From: Nitrospirota bacterium | GTDB taxonomy: Bacteria; Nitrospirota; UBA9217 | Assembly: GCA_963840455.1 (NCBI GenBank) | Contig: CAWIYV010000011.1 | Location: forward strand, 544,001 to 608,000 | Reading direction: 5' to 3' | Length of the DNA stretch: 64,000 bases | Made by a program: the position numbers and the translations under genes | In this document: in pieces, positions 39,811 to 47,660 of the stretch | Layout of the letters: the number at the start of each line of letters is the position of its first letter | How positions within the stretch are numbered: position 1 is the stretch's first letter | The notes under the pieces: model-generated | The model's input: only the letters and a program-made list of their open reading frames with translations | Database searches by the model: none | Told to the model about the DNA's origin: nothing

Positions 39811-41277
39811 TTATGAATCCCAATCCAGCAGCCGTTTCTGGCCTTCTAGCTTCCTGATGTCCGTCACGTCCTGGCTCACTTCGAGCGTCCCCCGGTACGC
39901 CCCCTTCTCGTCGCGCACCGCGAAATACTGGATCAACAGGAACCTGCCCTTCATCTGGATCCAGAAATCAGCTTTGTCGCGCCTGCCTGCCCGGAACTCA
40001 TCCAGGATCTTCTGCACCATGCCAAAGCTCTTGGGCGGGTGGCAGTTCTGGACCTTCCGGCCGATGACGCCGGGGCTGCGCGGGAAGATGCGGTCCTTCG
40101 TCGCGGAGTAGTACCGAACCTCGTCCTTCTCGTCAACGAAGGAAATATCCACCGGCATATGCTTCAGAAGCATATTGACCTGCTCCGCGGTCATTACCCC
40201 GGTGTCGAGCATGACCTCACTTTCCTGGCCGGCGGGCCGTTCCTTCGCCTCTTCGGCGCTCATAGTCCAGTCCGCCTCCGGCCTGATCCATGCATAGCCG
40301 ATCTCCTCCTCGCCCTGCCGCACCTTGCCCCACTCCTTGTCGGTCAGGAGGTCCTTCGCCATGGGGAAGAGGATGTGCTCTTCCTTATAGATCATGTCGC
40401 GCATGCTCTTCGACAGGTATTGCAGCGTGCTCATCACATCGGGAACGAGCGCGTCCCTGACGCCGGCCTTAGCGCTCTTCACGGCCACGCGGATGTCGTC
40501 GTGGAGCGCCCACATGACCTGCGAAGGCCCGGTGATGCCATGGACCTCGAGCACCGGGAACAGCTGGTTCTCCTTCCGGAGGTAATGAAGGTCGATGGTG
40601 CTGAGCTGTTCGACGAGCTTTGCCAGCACCTCCCGCTCCTTTTCAAAGGCAGCCTTTTCCGGAGCTTCGCCGAGCCTCGCCAGGACGTGGTCCAGCCCGT
40701 GCAAGATGCCCTCAGCGGCCCGGTTCTCGAGCATATAGGTATGGAGCGGATGGCCCGGCGGGACCACCGGTGCGTCCTGCGCTGAAAGCGACTCCTTGAA
40801 CACCTCCACGTGCACATCGCAGAGCCGTTTCACCTCGCTCTCGGGCATTCCCTCTGCCATGAGCCGCTGCTCCATCTTCGCGATCTCGGACGGATCGATG
40901 TCCTTGATGAGCTCGTGGAACCGGTGCTTGAGAACGGACATCTCAACGTCTTTGTGCAGGTCCCGGATGATGTCCTTCAGCAGCTCCTGGCGGGCATCGG
41001 CGTCCATGAGCGGGGCGCTCCCGGCCGTCGCGGACCCGATCGCCACGTCCGTGCCGGTCCGCTTCCTGATCTCCGCCGCGATATCCGCCAGCAGCGCGGT
41101 CAGTTCGATGTTGCCGATGGATGCTGCCTGCGCAACCGTCGCCACCTTTCCCACGGTCTTCCGCATGACCGCGTTTTCCAGCAGCTTGAACTTGGGCGAG
41201 CGGGCGATCAGGAATTCCATCAGGAAGGGGTATTCCTTCAGCAGGTCGTCGATCTTCGTGTTGGCATTCAGCTCCAT
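39811..41277 (-). CDS. DUF438 family protein (DUF1858-DUF438-hemerythrin-PAS)
   Basis: RLCDVH, GHPLHT..EN, HYLRKENQLFP, VMWALHDDIR, MIYKEEHILFP, IGRKVQNCHPPKS. Confidence 0.9.
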   Translation of the reverse strand: MELNANTKIDDLLKEYPFLMEFLIARSPKFKLLENAVMRKTVGKVATVAQAASIGNIELTALLADIAAEIRKRTGTDVAIGSATAGSAPLMDADARQELLKDIIRDLHKDVEMSVLKHRFHELIKDIDPSEIAKMEQRLMAEGMPESEVKRLCDVHVEVFKESLSAQDAPVVPPGHPLHTYMLENRAAEGILHGLDHVLARLGEAPEKAAFEKEREVLAKLVEQLSTIDLHYLRKENQLFPVLEVHGITGPSQVMWALHDDIRVAVKSAKAGVRDALVPDVMSTLQYLSKSMRDMIYKEEHILFPMAKDLLTDKEWGKVRQGEEEIGYAWIRPEADWTMSAEEAKERPAGQESEVMLDTGVMTAEQVNMLLKHMPVDISFVDEKDEVRYYSATKDRIFPRSPGVIGRKVQNCHPPKSFGMVQKILDEFRAGRRDKADFWIQMKGRFLLIQYFAVRDEKGAYRGTLEVSQDVTDIRKLEGQKRLLDWDS

Positions 41278-41406
41278 GGTGCCTCCTCATTGTTTTCTTC
41301 AATGGTAGCATAAAAAAACCGTCGGGTCATCCAGGGCTTCATGATATGCCAGGGCAGTTCGCAGAGCTATGATGCAGATCAGGAGGAACGAGAAAACGGC
41401 AGGCGG

Positions 41407-41997
41407 CTACTTCCCGCTCCTGCCTTCGATGAGGAGATAGGTGTCCTGCTTGACAAAGCGTGTTCCGGTCGAACCGCGCGCCGTTGACCTTCTCCACGAG
41501 GGGCGCGAAGAAGTCCTGCCGTTTGCGGTGCGACCGGTCCTTCGAATAGACCATCTCGAGGAGGCAGAACCGGCCGCCGGGCTTCATCACCCGGCTGATC
41601 TGGCTGAGCGCCTGGTCCTGGAACTCGAAGGGCAGCGCGCAGCAGAGGAAGCAGGCCACGACCCAATCGAACTGGTCCGGAGGGATCGAGGATATGGTGC
41701 AGACATCGTCCTGAACGAACAGGACCGGACAGGACGCTCCGTCCGCTCACGCCGGGCATGCTGGAGCATGGCAGGGCTGAAGTTGAGGGCGGTCAGGTGT
41801 GTCACTCCCGGAGGGTAGTAGCGCAAATTCCGTCCGGTGCCCGCCCCCACCTCGAGTACGTTTACCGATACGCCGGACAGGAGCTGGGGCCGCCATTTGC
41901 GGTACTGCATCTCCCAAGGAAGATCAAGGATGTCGTAGAACCAGGCGGTAATATTGTACCGCTTCAGGTTCTCGAGGTTCGTTGGATGGAGGTCCAT
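41407..41997 (-). pseudogene. Class I SAM-dependent methyltransferase, disrupted
   Basis: VLEVGAGTGRNL motif I; continues in another frame (FLCCALP..RVMKPGG) after about 41750; further break near 41450 before QDTYLLIEG. Confidence 0.8.
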
Positions 41998-42044
41998 TTC
42001 AGTAACGACTCAGTAACGCCGTTCTTGCGGAATAGGAAGCCCTA

Positions 42045-42548
42045 TCATGTGCAGCTGCCGGGGTCCTTGTGGCAGGCATCTTTCTTGTTCCGTTCTCCGA
42101 GCCGTGTCTCCCGCCGGGTCTTTCCCTCCCGATGGCGACGCCGCTCTTCGTCGCTCTCGAGGATCAGCGGCGGGACCTCGACGGGGTGTCCCTTCTTATC
42201 GATGGCCACGTAGGTCAAATAGGCAGATGCTGCATGGCTCACCGCGCCGGTCATGAGGTTCTCGGCCTCAACGCGCACGCCGATCTCCATGGATGTCTTG
42301 CCCACATAGTTGAGGCAGGCCTTGAAAAAGAGCAGGTCGCCGACGAAGATAGGAAGGTGGAAATCCATCCGGTCGATGGAAGCGGTGACCACGTTGCAGC
42401 GCGAGTGCCGCGCAGCGACCACGCCGGCGGCCTCGTCGATGATCTTGACCACGACGCCGCCGTGCACGTTGCCCGCAGGATTGGCGTCCTGAGGGATCAT
42501 CATCTGGGCGGTGATAACGCTGCTGTCCTTGACTCGTTTGCCTTCCAT
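42045..42548 (-). CDS. Acyl-CoA thioesterase (hotdog fold, YciA-like)
   Basis: PQDANPAGNVHGG, VTASID, GKTSMEIGV. Confidence 0.93.
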   Translation of the reverse strand: MEGKRVKDSSVITAQMMIPQDANPAGNVHGGVVVKIIDEAAGVVAARHSRCNVVTASIDRMDFHLPIFVGDLLFFKACLNYVGKTSMEIGVRVEAENLMTGAVSHAASAYLTYVAIDKKGHPVEVPPLILESDEERRRHREGKTRRETRLGERNKKDACHKDPGSCT

Positions 42549-42864
42549 AAAGAATACCTCCGGTACGTTATCTGACGTATAGTACCACAAACACGGCCAA
42601 AAAGAACGATTTGAGAAAACAGTAAGGAAGAACAGCCGATAGGGCGGAAGGATCGCCGGCGTGGCATCGAGGATATCTCTGCAGCAGCCGGTCTCCTTTT
42701 GCGACGACAGAAGAGGGCGTTCCGTCGGAATTGCCGCTGGCGCGGGAGAAGAGTTAAAACAGTAGCAACATCAAAGGACATGCATAGGTAATCTGCATGA
42801 TGATATTTTACGTCGTATAGGAAAAGAGGAAATTCGTAACTGTGTGATGACATCATGATTGATG

Positions 42865-43100
42865 TGCACTAGTCACGAATTGTGTTTACAGCTGAAGACT
42901 CCTAAGAGTTGAGGTGTCATGGCCTTCCGGTTAAGATAGTTTTGCGAAAACACATCTTAACCTTAGGAGGAAGGACCATGACTCAACAGCAGTATATCAT
43001 AGGACGAAAGCTCAACATTCTGGAATTAGGCACCACCTCGGCAATATTCGTGAAGCCTGTTAACGATTAGGTGTCAGCCGACAACACTATTACGACATCA
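42865..43100 (+). mobile_element. IS481-family insertion sequence remnant (left end plus decayed transposase 5' part)
   Basis: End-like TGCACTAGTCACGAATTGTGTTTACA; AGGAGG RBS; ATG 42978 MTQQQYIIGRKLNILELG, frameshift, GNIREAC*RLGVSRQHYYDI, an IS481-type HTH N-terminus. Confidence 0.7.
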
Positions 43101-43149
43101 TGCAGATTCCCCTGTCCATTCAACAGCGTTAGTTTGCACCTTGCGGTGG

Positions 43150-44046
43150 CTAATAGCTGAATCTGACACCTACGCTGAAGATATTATCGTTACTGCTCGT
43201 GCCCGGGACGTTCGAATCACTCATCTGATGATCATATTGAGCATCTATAAACCATCGTTTGGCAAACTCCTGCGCAACACCCGCGGAAATGGTATTCGAC
43301 GTAACCTGGAAACCTGCAGGCTCATCATAATCGCGCACGAGGTGGTTGTACCCGAGAAGAAGCGTTGTTTTTGGCAGAACTAGGTAACCTCCCCAGATCC
43401 CGATGAAGTTTCCCGTGTAGGTGAAGAACGCCGAATCTGCATTGTTCTTTTCATAGTAATAGCTTTCCTTCAGCCAGAGTAACGGCGTGAACTGCTCCTT
43501 GAAGGTCACTATCGGGCCGAACGCTGAGCTGTCTCGCAGTGAATCCGTGTATCGTTTGATGGCGCCATTGATCGCGAGTCTGACCGTGACGATATCGCCC
43601 AGATTCTTATCAATACCGGCGGTCAAGCCTCCGATGGTGTTATCGAATTCGTTAAAGCTGTTGTAAGAAGTGTGCTGTGCGCTGCCAATCAGGAACAGGT
43701 ATGTCCCGGAGGCTATGTCGGTCGAACCGCCGATGTCCGCGAAATAATTGATCGAGAAATCGCTCTTCGATTGCACTCCCGTATCTTGCGGGATACTGCC
43801 TCCCATGCCGCCCATACCCCCCGGGCCCATTACAGCGCCCATCATCCCGGGACCGGTTGCAGGCATTCCCGCCGTGCCGCCGCGCTTGTCTGATAAGAGA
43901 CCTACAACATTGTCTTCATAGGTACCTCTAATTGCCACGTCATAGAATATTCCGGCCTGCGCGACTGAAGCAATAGTGAGATACAGGAACAGAACAATGC
44001 AGCCGGTGATCGCCGCATTTACCGCCCGATGAGATCGCATGTGCAT
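43150..44046 (-). CDS. Putative outer-membrane beta-barrel protein with Met/Gly-rich N-terminal insertion
   Basis: Signal peptide (AQA); YEDNV then GMPATGPGMMGAVMGPGGMGGMGG; alternating beta strands; C-terminal FSVGVRFSY. Confidence 0.75.
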   Translation of the reverse strand: MHMRSHRAVNAAITGCIVLFLYLTIASVAQAGIFYDVAIRGTYEDNVVGLLSDKRGGTAGMPATGPGMMGAVMGPGGMGGMGGSIPQDTGVQSKSDFSINYFADIGGSTDIASGTYLFLIGSAQHTSYNSFNEFDNTIGGLTAGIDKNLGDIVTVRLAINGAIKRYTDSLRDSSAFGPIVTFKEQFTPLLWLKESYYYEKNNADSAFFTYTGNFIGIWGGYLVLPKTTLLLGYNHLVRDYDEPAGFQVTSNTISAGVAQEFAKRWFIDAQYDHQMSDSNVPGTSSNDNIFSVGVRFSY

Positions 44047-44110
44047 TTCCTCTCCTACGCTCACGCCAGTATACTTTTGTTGTGTATATCAGAAATAATA
44101 AAAATCGACT

Positions 44111-44126
44111 TGTTATAAGTATAACA
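44111..44126. promoter_or_regulatory. Palindromic operator-like site upstream of the beta-barrel gene
   Basis: TGTTATA-AG-TATAACA perfect 7-2-7 palindrome. Confidence 0.45.
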
Positions 44127-44138
44127 GGGCAAAATATT

Positions 44139-44168
44139 AAAAAAGGCAGCCGCATGGTGCGACTGCCA
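44139..44168 (-). terminator. Intrinsic terminator of the ECF operon
   Basis: GGCAGTCGCA-cca-TGCGGCTGCC followed by T6. Confidence 0.75.
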
Positions 44169-44217
44169 TATGAGGTTGGTTTGCTTATGGTCATGTAAAC
44201 AGCGGATCTTCGTTACG

Positions 44218-44910
44218 TTACCGTTTTGGCCCGCCCATGCCAGGCCCCATGCCGGAACCATGATCCATTCCCATACCGCCGTGGTCCATTCCCGGCCCGG
44301 TGCCCATGTGATCACGGTCGTGCGACATATCCCGGTCATGCTGCCTGGTCCTGTCTCTGTCCATGGCCCGCGTCGCGTTGTCCGCGGCCTTGTCGGGAGG
44401 AGTTCCGGACTTTAAGTCCCCGGCATAAGCAGTCGTGGCGGCCGTTATACTGGCGGCTCCGGCCCCTTGATTGATCCCATTGGACATTACCTGCGAGGTC
44501 CTGTCGGCCGGGGCGCCTGCTGCCACAGTCTTGCCGAAAGTGTTCGTCATCTGCACCGTTTCCCGCGCAGTGTACCTATGCTGTATCGCCTCCCCTGCCA
44601 CCGAGGCTGCATCTTTCCTCGCAGCGGGTCCCGCTGCCTCTATGGACCTCGCGACCTCGGCCAGGTCCTTGCCTTTCATGCCCTGGTTGATGGATGCTTC
44701 GACCACGCGGTAGGCATGATCAACAGGCACACCCTTGTCCACCAGGCTCTGCAGCGTCTTCACTGCCTGGGAGTGGTCCTGGGCATTCAACTTCTTTTCC
44801 GTAGCCTGCCTGTCAATGTTGGTCTTTGCTTCATCCACGGTAAGAGCGAATGCCGTCATACCGAACAGCAGAATGCTCCCTGTCACAATTATCGTCAGTA
44901 GCTTTTTCAT
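44218..44910 (-). CDS. Secreted helical-repeat protein with Met/His/Gly-rich tail
   Basis: Signal peptide (AFA); repeats KGVPVDHA / AGAPADRT / SGTPPDKA; tail HDRDMSHDRDHMGTGPGMDHGGMGMDHGSGMGPGMGG. Confidence 0.8.
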   Translation of the reverse strand: MKKLLTIIVTGSILLFGMTAFALTVDEAKTNIDRQATEKKLNAQDHSQAVKTLQSLVDKGVPVDHAYRVVEASINQGMKGKDLAEVARSIEAAGPAARKDAASVAGEAIQHRYTARETVQMTNTFGKTVAAGAPADRTSQVMSNGINQGAGAASITAATTAYAGDLKSGTPPDKAADNATRAMDRDRTRQHDRDMSHDRDHMGTGPGMDHGGMGMDHGSGMGPGMGGPKR

Positions 44911-44957
44911 GTTGGCACCTCCTCGATTATCTAGCTTGATTTAAGGACTGCTCCTGC

Positions 44958-45875
44958 TTACTTCCGCCCGCCCATGCCTGACATGCCTCCCATGCCGCCG
45001 GAGGCAGGCTCGTGCATCGTCCCTCCTCCGGACCTGTCCTGCATCTGCATGTCACGCATCCCTTCGCCCCGCTCCATGCGGGAGTTCATGCCGGAAACAA
45101 CATCGTTCATGGGGCGATCCTTCCTGAGCTCGTTGACCATGTAGCGCTCCATGGCCTCCAGGTCTCCTTCGGAATAGCCCTTGTCCACTGCCGTATGGAC
45201 CATTTTCGCGGCCTGTCCGGCAGTCATGCCGCTCCCAGCAAAGGTGGTCATCGTATCCACCGCCCGGCTGAACAACCCGAGCGATCCTTTGCGATCCCTT
45301 ACTTTCTCTCCGGTCTTCATGATAGCATCCTGCGGGATCGACTTTTCCATCGCTCTCGCCGCGGTCTCGATCGCATCATCGTACGCTTTTGCATGGGGTG
45401 CCTTTACGCCCCCGCTCTCCACCCTGTTCACGAGCGGTTTGGCAGCGGCAAGGTACCCGGAAAGCCGTTGCGTAACGCCTGATATCTTCTCCGCAGGTAC
45501 GCCCTTGGCAAGCCCCTGCTCGGTCCGGTCAAGGATGAGCCTGACCGGCAAGCCCTGTCCTTTTGCCCTCGTTGCAGTTTCGAGGAAACCCTCAACATGG
45601 CGGCTCTCTACGCCCTGATCCAAGCCGCGGGTGATAATGATGGAGACATCCTCGGCCGGAATGCCCGCAGCCACCGCCTGACCGGCCTTGGTCAGTATGC
45701 CGGCCTTGGCTTCCTTCGAGAGCGAGGACCTTTCTACAGCGATCCTTGCCTGTTCAAGATGCTTCGATCCCGCCTCTTCCGCCCTGGCGGGCGGCGCCGC
45801 CGTCAGGAGCGCTGCTGCGGCCAGCAGCAGGACAATCAGAATGTTAAAAATGCCCTCTGTCATGTTCCTTTTCAT
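44958..45875 (-). CDS. Secreted helical-repeat protein with Met/Gly-rich tail
   Basis: Signal peptide (ARA); repeats AGIPAEDV / QGLPVRLI / KGVPAEKI; tail GMRDMQM..GGMGGMSGMGGRK; ATGA overlap with the anti-sigma gene. Confidence 0.8.
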   Translation of the reverse strand: MKRNMTEGIFNILIVLLLAAAALLTAAPPARAEEAGSKHLEQARIAVERSSLSKEAKAGILTKAGQAVAAGIPAEDVSIIITRGLDQGVESRHVEGFLETATRAKGQGLPVRLILDRTEQGLAKGVPAEKISGVTQRLSGYLAAAKPLVNRVESGGVKAPHAKAYDDAIETAARAMEKSIPQDAIMKTGEKVRDRKGSLGLFSRAVDTMTTFAGSGMTAGQAAKMVHTAVDKGYSEGDLEAMERYMVNELRKDRPMNDVVSGMNSRMERGEGMRDMQMQDRSGGGTMHEPASGGMGGMSGMGGRK

Positions 45876-46531
45876 GTCTTGACCCTCATCACAGCATTTT
45901 TGTTTCCGAAGCCGTCATCGCGGTAGGTCTCCGCGTTCGGGTCGGTCACCCATGCCTTTCCATCCACAATGAACATGTAACTGTACTCCCCGGGCTTCAG
46001 AGGTATGCTGACCGTCCAAACCCCGTTTTCCTGCTTCGTGAGCATATGTGCATCAGCCTTCCACTTATTGAACGTGCCCGCAACCGCCACTCGATGAGCT
46101 TCCGGCGCGTGCAGGTTCATGGTCACCGTCACGACTTGTTCCTGCCGGGGAACGGCTGCGGTCTCAACAGGCGCGTTCCGGGTGCGAACGACCTGGGTGA
46201 AGACCAGGGCGAAGAGCACCGCAGCCGCAAATGCCGTGGCCATGTTCCACCTGAGCACCCGTCCCTTGAGCAGGAAATCCCGTATCCGGTTCGTGATCGT
46301 CGCTTTTCGTGCGGGCAGCCGCCGCATGACCTCTGCGGTAAAGAAGGGAGGGGCCTGCATCCTCTCGCTCGTCTCGATCGTACGGAGCGCTCCCGTAATA
46401 CCGTCGAGCTCTTCCTTAAACGCAGGATCCGACTGAACTCGGTCCAAAAGCACCTTCTTTTCGTCAGGGCCGAGGTCCCCGTCCAGCATCCGGTGAATAA
46501 GTTCCCTATCGATTTCTTGTCTATCCGTCAT
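45872..46531 (-). CDS. Putative anti-sigma factor with C-terminal AMPK1_CBM/CBM48-like domain
   Basis: N-terminal anti-sigma-like helix (LIHRMLDGDL), single TM, then APEAHRVAVAGTFNKW..GVW..LKPGEYSYMFIVDG..WVTDP..DDGFG..N; ATGA overlap with the sigma gene. Confidence 0.85.
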   Translation of the reverse strand: MTDRQEIDRELIHRMLDGDLGPDEKKVLLDRVQSDPAFKEELDGITGALRTIETSERMQAPPFFTAEVMRRLPARKATITNRIRDFLLKGRVLRWNMATAFAAAVLFALVFTQVVRTRNAPVETAAVPRQEQVVTVTMNLHAPEAHRVAVAGTFNKWKADAHMLTKQENGVWTVSIPLKPGEYSYMFIVDGKAWVTDPNAETYRDDGFGNKNAVMRVKT

Positions 46532-47088
46532 AAGCCAACCCCCATGCCTTCCAGGAGCTTTCTGAGCATCTCTCTTCCCCTGTGTGCACGTACTTTGAGA
46601 GCGCTGACCGAGACACCCAATGCGTCGGAGATCTCCTGATAATCAAGCCCCTCAATATGCTTCAGGACGATCACCTCGCGGTAGTCAGGGGGCAGCCCGT
46701 TCAGTGCGTGCTGGACCGCGTCCCCGGTCTGGCGGCAGGAAGCAATCTTCTCCGGCGAGGGGTCCGGCCCTGCGGTATAGTCGCAGATCTCATCTACCGG
46801 CACGGTCTCCTTGCCTGCTCTGAAATGATCGCGGCACTTGTTCACCACGATCCGGTACAGCCAGGAGGAAAACCGGGAATTGAACTTAAAATCCCCGAGT
46901 GCATTATAGGCTGAAATAAAGCCTTCCTGCGCCATATCCTTGGCCGCATCAGAATCACCGAGCATCCGAAAGGCGATATTGTATGCCATGTCCTTGTACC
47001 TGTCCACCAGCACTGCATATTGGTCGGAGTCGCCGGCGAGGCACTTTCTGATAACGGCATATTCTTCTTCAACGCTATCTGCGCTCAT
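46528..47088 (-). CDS. ECF RNA polymerase sigma factor
   Basis: 186 aa; region 2 AKDMAQEGF..FSSWLYRIVVN; region 4 LPPDYREVIVL..GLDYQEIS..VRAHRGR. Confidence 0.95.
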   Translation of the reverse strand: MSADSVEEEYAVIRKCLAGDSDQYAVLVDRYKDMAYNIAFRMLGDSDAAKDMAQEGFISAYNALGDFKFNSRFSSWLYRIVVNKCRDHFRAGKETVPVDEICDYTAGPDPSPEKIASCRQTGDAVQHALNGLPPDYREVIVLKHIEGLDYQEISDALGVSVSALKVRAHRGREMLRKLLEGMGVGL

Positions 47089-47100
47089 GTTGTACCTATT

Positions 47101-47128
47101 AGACGATGATTGACTCGAAAAGGTTACA
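47101..47128 (-). promoter_or_regulatory. Putative ECF promoter (autoregulatory)
   Basis: Minus strand TGTAACC-ttttcgagtcaatcat-CGTCTAA, ending about 12 nt before the sigma ATG. Confidence 0.75.
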
Positions 47129-47493
47129 GCCCGGGATTCTCTTCCGGTACAATAAGAACGGAATTCTTCCCGCCGAACCCGTCGTCAATTTCCGGGACAG
47201 AAGGGTCTGGCTGCCACTTTTTCCCGTCTACGATGAACAGATATTCGTACCGCCCTTCAGGGAGGGGGATGATAATGTTCCAGACACCCTTATTATCGGC
47301 TCCGGACAACCTGTTCTTATGAGTGTCCCAGGCATTGAAAGCTGCCGGCAATCGCGACACTGCTTGCCTCTGGCGCATAAAAGGTGAAAGAGACGCCCTC
47401 TTTCGTCAGCTCCGGGCCCAGGTGCTTCGGTCCGCAGGCTGATATGAGCGAGCAAAAGAACAGGATCGATATCATGGACAGGCGCGGTTTCAT
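47124..47493 (-). CDS. Lipoprotein with AMPK1_CBM/CBM48-like domain (one-base frameshift near 47339, likely error)
   Basis: Lipobox LISAC; GVSFTFYAPEASSVAIAGSF|NAWD..GVW..LPEGRYEYLFIVDG..WQPDP..DDGFGGKNS. Confidence 0.8.
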
Positions 47494-47595
47494 GGTTATT
47501 GTAGATTTCACTATATGTTTATGATACCGCTCGTTTCACAAGGTTTGCAAGGTAAACATTGATTTACATGGCCTGGACAGGGAAAACAGGACGGC

Positions 47596-47630
47596 AAAAA
47601 AGCGGCAGCCGGACCTTTATCCGGCTGCCC
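47596..47630 (-). terminator. Intrinsic terminator of the Met-rich lipoprotein gene
   Basis: GGCAGCCGGA-taaagg-TCCGGCTGCC followed by a T-run. Confidence 0.75.
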
Positions 47631-47660
47631 TAAGTTTACAGCAGTTTAAGTAAGGATGCT

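Noticed and set aside
47521-47550. GCAAACC-N15-TATC as another ECF promoter for the CBM lipoprotein
   Set aside because: Lacks both the GTAAC and CGTC cores; too degenerate to claim without TSS data.
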